This document shows, piece by piece, positions 29,833 through 46,050 of a stretch of 64,000 bases of DNA. The notes below the pieces were generated by a model. It worked only from the letters and a program-made list of their open reading frames with translations, was not told the origin of the DNA and ran no database searches. Source of the DNA: the human T2T-CHM13v2.0 reference genome, Homo sapiens; the NCBI RefSeq assembly GCF_009914755.1, contig NC_060941.1, one strand, 5' to 3'. Within the stretch, counting starts at the first letter, position 1. Each line of letters starts with the position of its first letter. A program made the position numbers and the translations under genes.

Positions 29833-29950
29833 GGCCAGGTATGGTGGCTCACGCCTGTCATCCCAACACTTTGGGAGGCCAAGGTGGGAGAATTGCTCTA
29901 GATCAGCTTGGGCAACATCGTGTGACCCCGTCTCTATGAAAAAAAAAAAA
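29833..29950 (+). mobile_element. FLAM / Alu left monomer
   Basis: Single Alu arm followed by poly(A). Confidence 0.88.
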
Positions 29951-30573
29951 CGAGAGAAAAAAAGTTATTTCTCAAAAAATAGCCTTGGACTTGTTCAAAT
30001 TTGGATCAGGTGTGAACTTGTCCCAGTGGAGCCATGGAGCCCAGGCTGTGTGTCAGAAAGCCTGCAATAGGCTTCCTTGACCCAGAAGATTTTTAGAGCC
30101 TCCATTACCAATCACGCTATGACACGTTTCTTGTTCCCATTGGGGCCTGTGTTTCAAACTTTGGGCTGGAAGAGAACATTCCCGTGACTACTCACATCAT
30201 TTCTATTACCTACAGCTCTTCTCCCCTGTATTGCTAGTCTGCCTCTACCTTTTGAGATCCTACTCACTCTCCGAAGGTAAGGTGACCTGTTAATTTTAAA
30301 GGACTTTTTTTTGGTGGGGGGCACTAGCAAATAAATTAAATCTATGGATGTGAAGGGAGTTTGGTTATGACATCCACTGCCCCATTAACAGCCTTGTCCT
30401 TCCTCTTGGCTTCCCAAGCTGTGTGTTCTGTTGAAGAGGAGGCCTCTCCTTGCCCCAGGAATGGATCAGCCAGTTGGGATTATCTGTTGCCTCTAAACAC
30501 TTGTAGTACTGTGTTGATGCCATCCCATTGTACTTGTGATTCCACGTTGTCACCTTAAGTAGATTGTAAATTC

Positions 30574-30870
30574 TTTTTTTTTTTTTTTTAAAGACAGGGT
30601 CTCACTCTGTCGCCCAGGCTGGAGAGCAGTGGCACGATCTCAGCTCACTGCAACCTCTGCCTCAGGTTCTGGCAATTCTCCTGCCTCAACCTCCCGAGTA
30701 GCTGAGACTACAGGCGCACGCTGCCATGCCCGGCCAAGTTTTTGTATTTTAGTAGAGATGGGGTTTCACCCTGTTGCCCAGGCTCGTCTCGAACTCCTGA
30801 GCTCAGGCAATCCACCTGCCTCGGCCTCCCAAAGTGGTGGGATTACAGGCGTGAGCCACCACGCCCAGCC
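30574..30870 (-). mobile_element. Alu
   Basis: Antisense Alu; perfect TSD agtagattgtaaattcttt. Confidence 0.97.
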
Positions 30871-32249
30871 AGTAGATTGTAAATTCTTTGAAGGCAGGTA
30901 TCGTATCTTTCTGTGCAGTCAGCACAGCATTTTAAATGCAATGCTTGCTTATGAAGGGCTGTTTTTCTTTCTGGATTGTTGAGTGTGGCAGATGGAGTGC
31001 CACGCAACCAGACTTCTTGGCTACAACACACATGTGGCTTCTTTTATGGAAGTTGCCACCTGCAGATCCTTCACCACCAAGAACATGCTTTTCTGTCATA
31101 TTGCAGAATCTTTGTGGAGGATCCTCGTTCTTCCTTAACTTCCTTTGTGCCACACGCTTCCCCACTTCACTTGGGCACCTTTGAACAGAGAAGCAGGATT
31201 GCTGCCTCCCCACCAGTGTAATAAATGCTCTTTACAAATGTCCCTCCTTGGAAGTATATCTTGTAGAAATCCTAGTTTCTAACTTCATCCAAGAAATTTC
31301 TAGACAACTTGTAGCCTAGATTATCCTTTAAGAGCCACTTACACTACTGGAAAACAACTCCACCCAGGTTCTTATTTGAGTTACAGGGAGAAGAAGCCTT
31401 TGGATTGCAGGTTTAAAAAAAAATTTTTTTTTTTATTGCTGAGACTTCTATTATGAACTACCACAGTTGACAAACTGTTAGTTTCCATAGCAATTTTAGA
31501 CTGTCCTTAGGTGAAGGGTTTCCCTTCCAGTTGCTATTTAAGATGTGTGGAATCCAAGAAGTCACAAAAGGTATTTCATGTGTCATACCTTGGCAATGCG
31601 TGCTACTAATTATTTTTTTGTTCCTGTCGTTAAATATAGAGCCTTCTCATTTATTTTGTCAAATGCATTTTCCTCTACTACTTTTTTTTTTCTTTTTAAA
31701 GAAAGATGCTCTGTGAAAAGGAAGCCATTCATCCATCCAGGTGAGCTCTGGATGGGCGAGCCAGCCATGGGGACTCCTCCCTGGGACTGGAGCTCTTTTT
31801 GACTGAGCTGCACCTTTGAGCATCGAGTTTCTGTTTACCACCTGGATGCTTTCCATTTTGAACACATTTGGGCCTTTCACTGAAAGGCACTTTAAAAATT
31901 CAAGGTTTTAGCATCATCACCAAAAACATCTACTAAAATATGCATTTGTACCTGGAGTCATTTAAAACAAATGAGTTAACCTCCTGTGCTCTGAGAATAA
32001 TCTTTTCTTTCTTCTTCTTTTTTTTTTTTTTTTTTTTGGTCAAGACAATAGTCTTCATGGGCATTAGGTGACAACAGCTATGCAATTTCATTTTAGTCCA
32101 TAATACATTATTTAAAGAGGTTATTGAAAATGTTGATTCCTGGAGCTAAAGAAATGGAAATATTTAACCAAAAGAAGAGAACATTTGAAGACCTCAAAGC
32201 TTTCATGAGATGTTTGAAAGGCAGTTGAATGTGGAGAGGGTATGCTATC

Positions 32250-32603
32250 TGCTATGGTCTGGCTCTGTTTCCCCACCCAAATCTCACCTTGATTTGTATC
32301 AAGAGCAAGAACAGTTGGAGACAACTAAATCATGGGGGGCAGTGTTTTTCCCATGCTGTTCTCATGATAGTGAGTTCTCAGAGATCTGACAGTTTTATAA
32401 GGGGCTTCCCCCTTTGCTCAGCTCTCATTCTTCTCTCTCCTGCCGCCTTGTGAAGGACATGTTTGCATCCCCTTCCACCATGATTTTAAGTTTCCTGAGG
32501 CCTCCCCAGGCCTGTGGATCTGTGAGTCAATTAAATCTCTTTCCCTTATAAATTACCCCATCTCGGGTATGTCCTTATAACAGCATGAGAATGGACTAAT
32601 ACA
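32250..32603 (+). mobile_element. THE1 (MaLR) solo LTR
   Basis: tgctatggtctggctctg...cccacccaaatctcaccttga...ggactaataca. Confidence 0.92.
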
Positions 32604-33884
32604 CTACTACCTGATACTCCCCGGGGAAGAACCCCACAGCATCAGGATAGGGGATAAGGAAAGCAATTTGGGTCAATGGAGGAGCAAATTTGCCAGCAGT
32701 TTGGAGCTGTTGATAGTTGGATTAGATGGTTTCATGAAGTTTTGAGCCTCTAGATTCAGAGACCAAGTGACCACCTTCCCCTTGCGCTGAGAGGGAATTT
32801 CTTCAACTGGTTGGAAATGGAATGATAGGTAGGATCCAGAAGGGCTATCTAACTTGATAATTTATGTGATTGTTTTCTCATTTAAGGGAGAGAATATTAT
32901 CTACAGTGTTTCTGATTTTTTTAAGGGCCTTGGGGAAGGACATAATGAATTATTCAGAGACTTCTCTCTGTGAAGCAAGTTGCACAGAGACAGACAACTT
33001 GATACAAATTACGATTCTAAATTTGTTAGTAATATATTTTATTCATGCACTCTACTTACAATAGATTTCCTGCTTGACATTTCTTAGACATATCACTCAT
33101 GATCCCACAGTTGCTCTTTGAATGGGTGCGAAACCTGTGCAAAAAAAAAAAAAGATGTACACAGTCTAATGAATTATGCAAGTCTTAAAATGTCTCAAGA
33201 AAAAGATTACTCATTAGGATTTTCGAATGAATAAATTCAACATAATTGTTGGTGCAACTGCTCTCTCATGTAATAGGTACCAAAATCTGATTCATGTTTT
33301 ATATTGGAGGGACGGGTACTTTTCTGAAGAATTTTAATAAAGGCAAATAAATGCCTTTTCTAGGATGCTTTATAGTAGAGCCCACAAAGGTTTTCTTCAG
33401 CAATACTATCAGTGCTGCTTTTCTCTCCATACTTCCAAAACCTAGAATTTTTTGCCAGTACTTTTTCCCTGTTTTCTTCTGAGTGGTAAAATCCATCTGG
33501 GCAGATTTTCTACAGGCCTGTGAGGGGGTGTTAGCCAGAGAGCAGTGTTTTGAGCTCATATACAGAATAGGTGCCTCTGGATAGAAGTTCCGATCCCAGT
33601 ATCCTCTCCCAGGCCCCAGTTCTGCACAGGCAGAGGACACCATCCCCATGCAGTCCAGACACCTGCCAGCAAATGTACTTGTTTGCTGACATCTAGGGAG
33701 CCTTGTGATGCTTCTGAATACTGCCCACCGTTCCCAATTGCTGAAATGTTTAAGAACTTTATAGCTCTAGCCAATACGGGAATAGCTGTACATTCAGGAA
33801 TGCTCGTGAAATGTGGCAGGGCCTTGCCCTCCTAGGCTTGAGGCCCAGGCTCCTGATGGTCGGTTTGATTGGTGGCTTATCCAT

Positions 33885-34570
33885 GCACCTGATAGTTATT
33901 TATGGCTACGTGCTAGGTACTGTGCAGACACCGAAGCATAAACATTTCCCCTCCTGGGGCTTCTGGTCTTGTTGAAGAGACGGACAGTCAACATATATGC
34001 CAATAAATACATTATTTGTTTAAAGTCACAGTAGGTGCTATGTAGGCGAAAAACAAGGAGTACTGGTAAGGAATAGGAGAAGAGGGCTTTGCTGGGATGG
34101 GACCTTTAGCAGAGACTTGGGGAATGTGTGGGATCAGTGTAGGGAGAGGAGAGGGGAGCATGCCAGGGAGAAAGGAGCTTGGCCGAGGGCCTAGAGCACC
34201 CGGGGCAAAGGGGGACCTGGTGCAGGCTGAGGCAGGTGAGCTGAGCAGAGGCAGACAGGGCCCAGTGCAGTGAGGAATCTGATTCTCATCCAGCTGCAAA
34301 GGTAAGAGTTATAAGGTTTTAGGCTAAGAGTGAGATCATCATAAAGATGGCCCTGACTACTGCCTAGGAGGAGTGGAGAGTAAGGGGGGGAGGGAGGACA
34401 GACTGTAAGTGGAAAAGAGAGAATGTGAGAAGAGTAGTGGTTGGCAATTGCAGTTGTTTTAGTCCAAGATGATGATACCCGCAGCTGGGGTGGTGGCAGC
34501 GAAAGCAGCCGACGGTGAAGGTCTGCATGGAGGTTCGGCCATGGACCTGAGGGGTAATCTGCCATGCAGT
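33885..34570 (-). mobile_element. L2 LINE 3' fragment
   Basis: Antisense L2 end (tatttatggctacgtgctaggtactgtgc) followed by purine-rich L2-like body. Confidence 0.6.
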
Positions 34571-34886
34571 TCAGAATGATGACCCTCGGACCGGGCATGC
34601 TTCTCAGTTAACATCTGATGCTGCCCTACTAAAGGCAAAACGGATGGTCTAATGCAGGCAAACTGGAAATAGTGCTGGTAAGAACTGAGAGCACCTGTGC
34701 TTGCCATCCCCATGCATTGGAACAGGCCGTGGCTTCCCTCTGGGCTCAAGTGGAACTGTTTGGACAGTACACATTTGAATCTGTGACAGCTCTTGCACTG
34801 GACTGGGAAAGTTTTGGGCAAAAGGAGTCCTTGAATCAGAGACTCTTAATGCAGGGACAGACCTTAAAAGCCCTCCAAGCCCTCCA

Positions 34887-35202
34887 GGCCGGGCACGGTG
34901 GCTCATGCCTGTAATCCTAGCACTTTGGGAGGTTGAGGTGGATGGGTCACGAGGTCAGGAGTTCAAGACCAGCCTGGCCAAGATGGTGAAACCCTGTCTC
35001 TCCTAAAAATACAAAAAAAAAATGAGCTGGGCGTGGTGGTGGGCGCCTGTAATCCCAGCTACTCAGGAGGCTGAGGCAGAGAATTGCTTGAACTCAGGAG
35101 GTGGAGGTTGCAGTGAGCCAAGATCACGCCACTGCACTCCAGCCTGGGCGCAACAGAGTGAGTCTCTGTCTCACCAAAAAAAAAAAAAAAAAAAAAAAAA
35201 AA
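34887..35202 (+). mobile_element. Alu (S-type)
   Basis: Dimeric Alu, long poly(A); TSD aagc(c/t)ctcca. Confidence 0.97.
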
Positions 35203-37224
35203 GCTCTCCAGTACCCTCATCTTAGAGTTTAGGGAACTCAGGCTCAGAGAGGTTTGAGTTATTCATACAAAGACACGCAGCCGGTGAGTGACAGAGAGAA
35301 ACTGTCCAATAAGGCAAATTTTTTTTTTAAGAATTTTGAATGATGGACTTATAAGTCTTCATTAAGTCCTTATAGGATCTAATTTTTATAAATCCTTTCA
35401 GAACTAATTTATTTAAGGATTAAGCCAGTCAAAATCCCAGAACGGTTTCAAGTCAACAGCTTAAAAGTGGAATCTGAATGTTAACCAAGATGATTTTCCT
35501 TGTATGTGGACGGCTGTAATTGGGCCCCAGTCTCTCATGTGAAAAGCCAAACAGATTCAGATCTAATGAGTTCTGGCCGCTGGGGCAGATGGATTTTGGA
35601 ATTTGCTATTTATAGTGTTTTCAAGTGTCACCTTCCCCTTTTAATAAGCACTGAGCTGTGATCTGGCCCCAGGAGCCTGGAGCACATTGGTAGGTGTGCT
35701 GAGGGCCTCACAGCCGAATGACTTCTGGTCCAGGTTTGGAATTGAAGGTTTAAGTTGGGATGTTGGCTATTCCTCAGAAGTGAGGATGTGTTCTTCCAAA
35801 TAAATGGTGATCAATCCCTGTGCATTGGAGAGCTGATGGGGGTGTGCTTGGCGGAGAGAGGCATACCCCCAGAGGCTTGAGGAGGGCAGTTGTATTTCAC
35901 GTGCTGAGGAGAGTAGTGGTGTGGTTAAATCAGGAATAAAAAAAAAATATGAAGAAATTGTCAGGGAGAGCTTCAGCTGGGCCCAAAGGAAATCAAGAAA
36001 AGAGCAAATGAGAATGCAATTTAAAATGTAAATACAAACTGAAATCAAAGCCATTTCTATGAAACATTTAAGAACATTCTGTAAGTATTGCTGGTCAGGA
36101 AAGCACAAAAAATTGTCTGTGTTTTGAGCCCATTGTCAGTGTATTATTTAGAGGGAAGTTCTGATTTTTGCTAAGGGGTTATTCCGAGTTGCGAAGTGGT
36201 GTGGTGTTGGGGGAAGAATACCACCAACTCCAGGCCAGCTGCTGCATCTCCTGGAATCTCTGTTTTCTCTTCTGTAAGATGGGAGTCAGGGTGGCCTCCA
36301 TCTGATCACACTGAATTGTTGAGTGACTCAAAGGAGATAATGTACCAAACACTTTGTAAGCCCTATGACACCGTTCAAAGTCTATTTCCTCCCAGCTCTG
36401 TTTTCTAAAATCAGGCTGTATGTTCGAATCACCTGAGGAACTTAAGACTATTACCAGCGCCACCACTGGCATTTTTCATTCTCTTGGACAGCAGAGGTTT
36501 TCCAAAGCCCTGGATGTCATTCTGCTGGGCAAGTCTGGCTGACGGGGCTCTGAGGAGTTGGAGGGCCTGTCCACCCTTGCCTTTGGGAAACCAGCCAGCC
36601 AGTGGTCCAAGGAGATTGTCGGCTGTCTTCCCAAGTCAGCGCCATCTTCCTTCCTGCTCATTTCCTGTCTCCCAGTTTTTCCCTGGAACCTTTCCATTTA
36701 AATATGAATTCAGCTGCAGCCTGCGGGGATCTGAAGTACTAGCGAGTTGACTGCCTGAGGAGGTGGGCCTGTGGAGAACCAGAGCTACAGTTTTCCACAA
36801 AACATATCATTTTAAATGATTCTGAAGCCTGTTAAATTACACTGATGGGATTAATCTGATAAAGTGGTAACAGGGTAGATGCACCGAAATGATCGCTTTC
36901 ACATGCTTTTTAATTCAGTCAAAATTAATGAAAGATCTTGTGTTTACGGATGGAACTGGAGTTTAAAATTCTGAATTCATTAGCCTGTTTTAATGCATAA
37001 ATCTAACTTCCTTGTCCGTGTGTGAAACTCAACTAGAGTGCAGCTCGATGCTACTCTGCCAAGAGAACAGGCAGAAGGAAGCCACATTTTACCCTTGAAG
37101 CCGGGTTAGCCCCGTGCCTTGATCATGCCACTGAGAATGTATGTTTCTAGTCTGAATCCTTTTGGCTTTATGTTGTCATTCAGCGTGTGTCATGTCCACA
37201 CCCAGGGATAATTCCTGTCTTAGA

Positions 37225-37940
37225 AATAAGGTGTATGATCCAGCAATTACACTTCTGGATATAGACCCAGAAGAGGGTCTCGAAGAGATACTTGTATGCC
37301 CATGTTCGTAGCAGCAGCAACATTCACAATAGATAAGAGGTAGAAGCAACCCAAGTGCCTATTGAACAGATGAATGGATAAACAAAATGTGGTAACTACA
37401 TATGATAGAGTGTTGTTCAGTCTTCAAGAAGAAAGAAATGCTGACACCTGCTACAGTGTGGATGAACCCTGAAGACTTTCTGCTAAATGAAAAAGCCATT
37501 CAAAAAAGGACAGATATTAAACGATTATATGAGGTACTTGGAATAGTCAGAAATCATGGCAAGTATAATGATGGCTGCTAGAGGCTACAGGGAAGGAGGA
37601 ATGTTAATGGGTATAGAGTTTCAGTTGTGGAAGATGAAAGAGTTGTTGAGGTGGATGGTGGTGATGGTTGCAGAACAGTGTGAATGTACTTACTGCCATA
37701 CAACTGTACACTTAAAAATGGTTAAAGTGGTCAATTTAATTATATATATAATTAAATATATATAATTAAATTATATATATAATTAAATATATATAATTAA
37801 ATTATATATATAATTAAATATATATAATTAAATTATATATATAATTAAATATATATAATTAAATTATATATAAAATTAAATATATATAATTAAATTATAT
37901 ATAATTATATATATATATATCTCACCACAATAAAAAAAAA
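37225..37940 (+). mobile_element. L1MB-like 3' end
   Basis: tatgatccagcaattacacttctgg...gatgaatggataaacaaaatgtgg...actgtacacttaaaaatggttaa...caataaaaaa. Confidence 0.9.
37733..37920. repeat. AT-only minisatellite, 31-bp unit x ~5.3
   Basis: Unit ttatatatataattaaatatatataattaaa starting at 37740, 37771, 37802, 37833, 37864. Confidence 0.95.
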
Positions 37941-38257
37941 GTAAAACATAACAAAAGAATAGAGGTATCTGTAGGAGCTCTCTGCCCTAATTCAGATGAG
38001 TACCACCCTATAAATGCTGGTGAAGTCTACAGGATTTTTGCCAGCATGGCAACCACTGTGCTGTCCATTCTTGGTCAGACCTGTAGAAGGGAAACAGCAG
38101 TTGTGGAAGTATGTCTCAGGCACCCTGGAGGACACCTAAGGGGAAACTCATCTGACAAGGACACAGACATTTTTCTAGGTTCCCTGAGTCTTCTGTGTGG
38201 TCCATCCTACCAGCTGGGGTTATCTGATATTCCAGTGTATGTGAAAATAATAGCTAA

Positions 38258-38577
<320 letters not shown>

Positions 38578-38714
38578 AGCTTGATAAATTTTTATGCAGA
38601 ATGGTTTTATTTTATTATTATTTGGAAGGGAATAGTGGCCCTTCTCTCTGATTTCTGGTTATATACCTATAACTGTAGCAGCTATTTCATCCTGTTAGCT
38701 TTTTTTTTAAAAAG

Positions 38715-39280
38715 ATATTTTTTAGAGCCATTGTTTTAGGGTTATAGGAAAATGGAGTGGAAAGTACAGTGTTCCCTTATACCTGCCCCTCTCCTCAACA
38801 GTCTCCCCTCTTATTAACATCTTGCATTAATTAGTGTGGTACATTTCTTACAACTGATGCAATATTATTAACAAAAGTCCATGGTCTACATTAGGGTTCG
38901 GTCTTGGTAGTGTATAGTCTGTGGGTTTGGACAAATGTGTCATGGCCCGTATCCACCTTTATAGTATCATACAGAGGATCTTCACTGCCCTAAAAATCCT
39001 CTGTGCTCCATCTTGTTCTTCCCTCCCTCCCATCAGCCCCTGATCCTTCTATTGCCTCCATAGTTTTTCCTTTTCTGGAATGTCATATAGTTGAAGTCAT
39101 GCAGTATGTAGCCTGTTCAGATTGGCTTCTTTCACTTAGTAATATGCACTTTAGTTTCCTCCATGCCTTTTCTTGACTTGATAGTTCATTTCTTTTTAGT
39201 GCTAAATCATATTCCATCATCTGGGTATACCATGGTTTATCCATTCACCTATTCAAGGGTATCTTGGTTGCTTCCAAGTC
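38715..39280 (-). mobile_element. L1MC-like 3' fragment
   Basis: cattagggttcggtcttgg...ctggaatgtcatatagttga...gattggcttctttcacttagtaatatgc. Confidence 0.85.
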
Positions 39281-39384
39281 CTGTGCTCTTTTAAGATTTC
39301 AGTTTTTGACCCTTGATGTGACAAGATGGGAAGGGCCACAAAATATCTCATTCTTTTTCTCCTGTTGACTTAGTCTGAATACTC

Positions 39385-40160
<776 letters not shown>

Positions 40161-40357
40161 TAAGGATGTTATTCAGCTGATGTTTCTCAGGTACCTGCTA
40201 TGTGCCAAGCACTGTTGAAGCACTTCAGATAATTCAGTGATTGAAAGAAACAAAACCCATGACTTTGTGGGTTTTAGTACATTAGATTTGGATATTATCA
40301 AATTATTTTGGCACTTTTTCTCCACAGTAGCACTACTGTTTTTAAAAGACCAGTGCC

Positions 40358-40829
<472 letters not shown>

Positions 40830-42974
40830 TCATAGAGTGCTGCTTGTGCAACATGGGGTCAGAATGAGTACTCAGGAAGTGATTCCCACTCAGCCCGCAT
40901 CCCTTCCTGGAGCACTGCAGTTTTGGGATTCTTGTCTGCAGCCCAGCTCTTACAGCCCCTGAGAGCATGCTGAGCAGGGGAAAGCTGCTCTAAAGTTCAA
41001 TTTGCATTGTACCTTCTCCATTTACATTTCTTGACCTTTTGCTTTCTCATCCAGCAATCCCCAGCAGGGTGTCTGTGTTCTAAGGCACCCACCTAGCCTC
41101 TTTCTGAATTTTAATCCCAGCTCTGGCTAAAAGCCTGAAAGCAAAATATGAATCGTAGCTCCACAATTATAACGTGGGACTTTCTTTATAAAATGAAGTT
41201 GCTCTAGCAGAAAGCCAGGGCTACAAATCAGTAGCGGCTTCAGGATGCATGGCCTCTTTCTGGCATAGGAGGCCCCTTTTTCTTCTCAGTCGCGGTGTTT
41301 CTTCCAACATCTATGCATGTTGAAGTCTGGAGAAGGCTGATGCTGAGAGATATGTACTAATGAAATGCACAGGTGTTATCTTTTTCTGTTCCAAGTCCCT
41401 GTGTGCCCTCCTGTCTTGGTGGGTGGCATGGCAGGACATAGAAACACTTGGAACCTGTTTACTATTTTCCAAAAAGGCCTTGCCTGTAGCCCATTGATCT
41501 ACCCACTATGTATATTCATTTTAATGCTGTTTTTGAGTCTGTTGACTACCCCGGGAAATCAAAGTTGACTACCACAGCCCTAGTCCTCAAGTGTCTTGCC
41601 TGCAATGAGGTTACCTGGCCTATTAGAATTAAGGACTAAAATGCAGGAGCTGGGGTCACACCTGCCAGCTGTTTGTGAGCCCTGAAGATGTTGGGGATTT
41701 AAATTTTAGATAGATCATTGTAGCTGCAAGGGGTAGGATGGATAGGTGGGGTATCCAGAGTCCTTGGATACCTTGTCTTCCTGGACCCTCTCTCAGCACC
41801 CTTGGGCTAAGATGCACTCTTGAACACATTTCCTCTATGGCCCCTTTCAGATCTGCTGATGATACCTGGATTCCTTCTTTCAGAGTGACCCAGCCCCATC
41901 CCAGGGAACGGGCAGATGGGCTCTGTTGCCCATCTCAAAGTTCCCTTACTTTTTTTCTTTTGAGGTTTTATCAGTCCAGAAGTGGAAAGAAGATGGATGC
42001 CATTAGCTTTAGAAATATTTTTTATGTTTTAGGGAGAAAGAAGCAGAGAATATACTTTTAGATGAGCACACTTTAAAATACCAGTAAGACAGACTTGTTG
42101 GAAGACAGGCATTGTGAAGAACTGTTGTTGTTTTTTGTTTTTTTTTTTTTTTTTTTTTTTGCAACAGCTTTCCCCACTTTGGGAAATGAGAACTTATGCC
42201 CTCCTGAATGTTGTATTTGATGGGACTTAGATCCATGGGGGAATTTTATTTTATTTTTTAGGAAAAGGTAACCTACTAAGTATAGTTATATCCTTCTAGC
42301 ATGAAATATAATCATTTATTAGACCAGAACTGTTTGTTAATTCAGCAGTGTGTCTTGAAAAAGAGCCACCCTCAAATTTAAAGTAGAAATAGATTCTTCA
42401 TTCTACACCTTTTTGACATCAGATTTGCTTTCCTGGTCTCAGTGCAGGTGCCCCTACTGTTTGGTGTTTGGGACACAGCCTCCGAGTAAGTCCAAGGAGA
42501 GCTTGGGGTTAGGCAGTATAGGCCATGAGCCCCTTGCCAGCCTCCCAGGGACTTTGAGAGGAGCTGTTTGGGGCAAGATGCTTAATGAAAGGATGTTTTG
42601 TAATTTAGAGAGAAAAAAGAAATTTATCCCATAGATAACTAAACCCTCAATGGGAATATTAGAAAATACAATTGTCACATTATGTAATATTTGTACATTT
42701 TCCACTGCAAGTAAGAATGCGTCCTTTCCTTAATTTTAAAATATGGAAAAGGTCGACCTTTCTGCTACCGTAAGGAAAATCAAGGGAAAGGGAGGTTTTA
42801 TACATGATATGGGGAACTTGGTATAATTATTTAGCTCAGTATGAAATTCTGCCACAGGAATATAAGGTAATTAATTTCTCTAAGTATGAAATGCAATCTT
42901 GAAAAACTAGGAAACAGGTGCCGAGGTGACAAGATAGGAAGAGAAGCTGAGTGTTGTGCAGTGGCACCGAACAA

Positions 42975-42994
42975 CTTCTGGAACATTCCAGAGC
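42975..42994. promoter_or_regulatory. Heat-shock element motif
   Basis: cTTCt gGAAc aTTCc aGAGc: three perfect plus one near-perfect pentamer. Confidence 0.5.
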
Positions 42995-43518
42995 GTGGCT
43001 TTGTAGCTGGAGAGAGCCTCCTGGCTTCTGTGTGGCGACCGAGACTGACCCCTGCTGGCGGATTGTTGCTAAGCCGTGGCTGTTAATGAAGCAGGGCAAT
43101 AAGGCCCTTAAGCAGGAGATCCTGCCAGGCCACAGGCAGGTCTGTCTCCGAGGCTATGCCTTGTACCAGCCCTTGATGCTGTTGCCTGAATTCCCAGTGG
43201 GAAGAAAAATGGACCCAGCAGTTTTTAGTGTTTTGGTCTCAGTTTCCACCATCTCTCCCCTTTCCCAGTCTGGGATGTCAGTGTTTGCTCTCTCCTCCCT
43301 ACCCTCTGTTACCTCAAGATTTCATGGAAATAAAAAGCCCTGCTAACATCACAAAGAGGCTGAAAATTCCAGATCCACCTCGGAGCCAGACACTTGAGAA
43401 ATTTGATGCCAAGGTAACCTGCGTTTGGGAAAACATCCTTATTAGGTTTATTTAAGAACGATTTGAAAAATTCCTATAAGTGAAAATCAGATGGGAAGAA
43501 GTCCAAAAATCTGATTCA

Positions 43519-44099
<581 letters not shown>

Positions 44100-44649
44100 T
44101 TAGGAAGCTTGAGTGCGGGTGCTGGGTCCTCTGCTTGTTGCTCAGCAGGGTACTGGAGGCCAGGAAGGCTGGCGCTGCAGAAATCTGTCTTCAGTGCACT
44201 TACTGCTGTTGCCATGGACAGCTCATTCGTATAGCTGGTGTGGAGCTAATGAAGTAGGGATGTTTTTAAAATGAAATTTTAAAAATGGGGTTTGAGAAGT
44301 ACATAAACAGTTCATTGTGGCATAAAATGACATTATAATCATTTAATTTTGAGATGATTTAAAAATCATTTCCTCATGTTCCATGTTCTACAGCTTACCA
44401 GTCAGGAAAAAGGATAATTTTGTGGGACTCAATGAAGTGATGAAATTGAGAACAAAGCCTTTCATCTTTGGACTTACACTTCCATGTTCCTAAAAGAGTT
44501 AGGCAGGGATATGTAGGTAAATCAAAGACTGGAAACGTAGGGTCTTTGGAAACTTTTTTCTGGGTCATCTTTTTAGTCTTAAAGCTAAGCCTTCAGTTGC
44601 CAAGCAGTGGTTTTTTTAATGAATGAGGCTGGTCAATAGGATATCTATA

Positions 44650-46050
<1,401 letters not shown>

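Noticed and set aside
38080-38105. Minus-strand acceptor (tgtttcccttctacag|G)
   Set aside because: No convincing donor or ORF downstream; cannot support an exon
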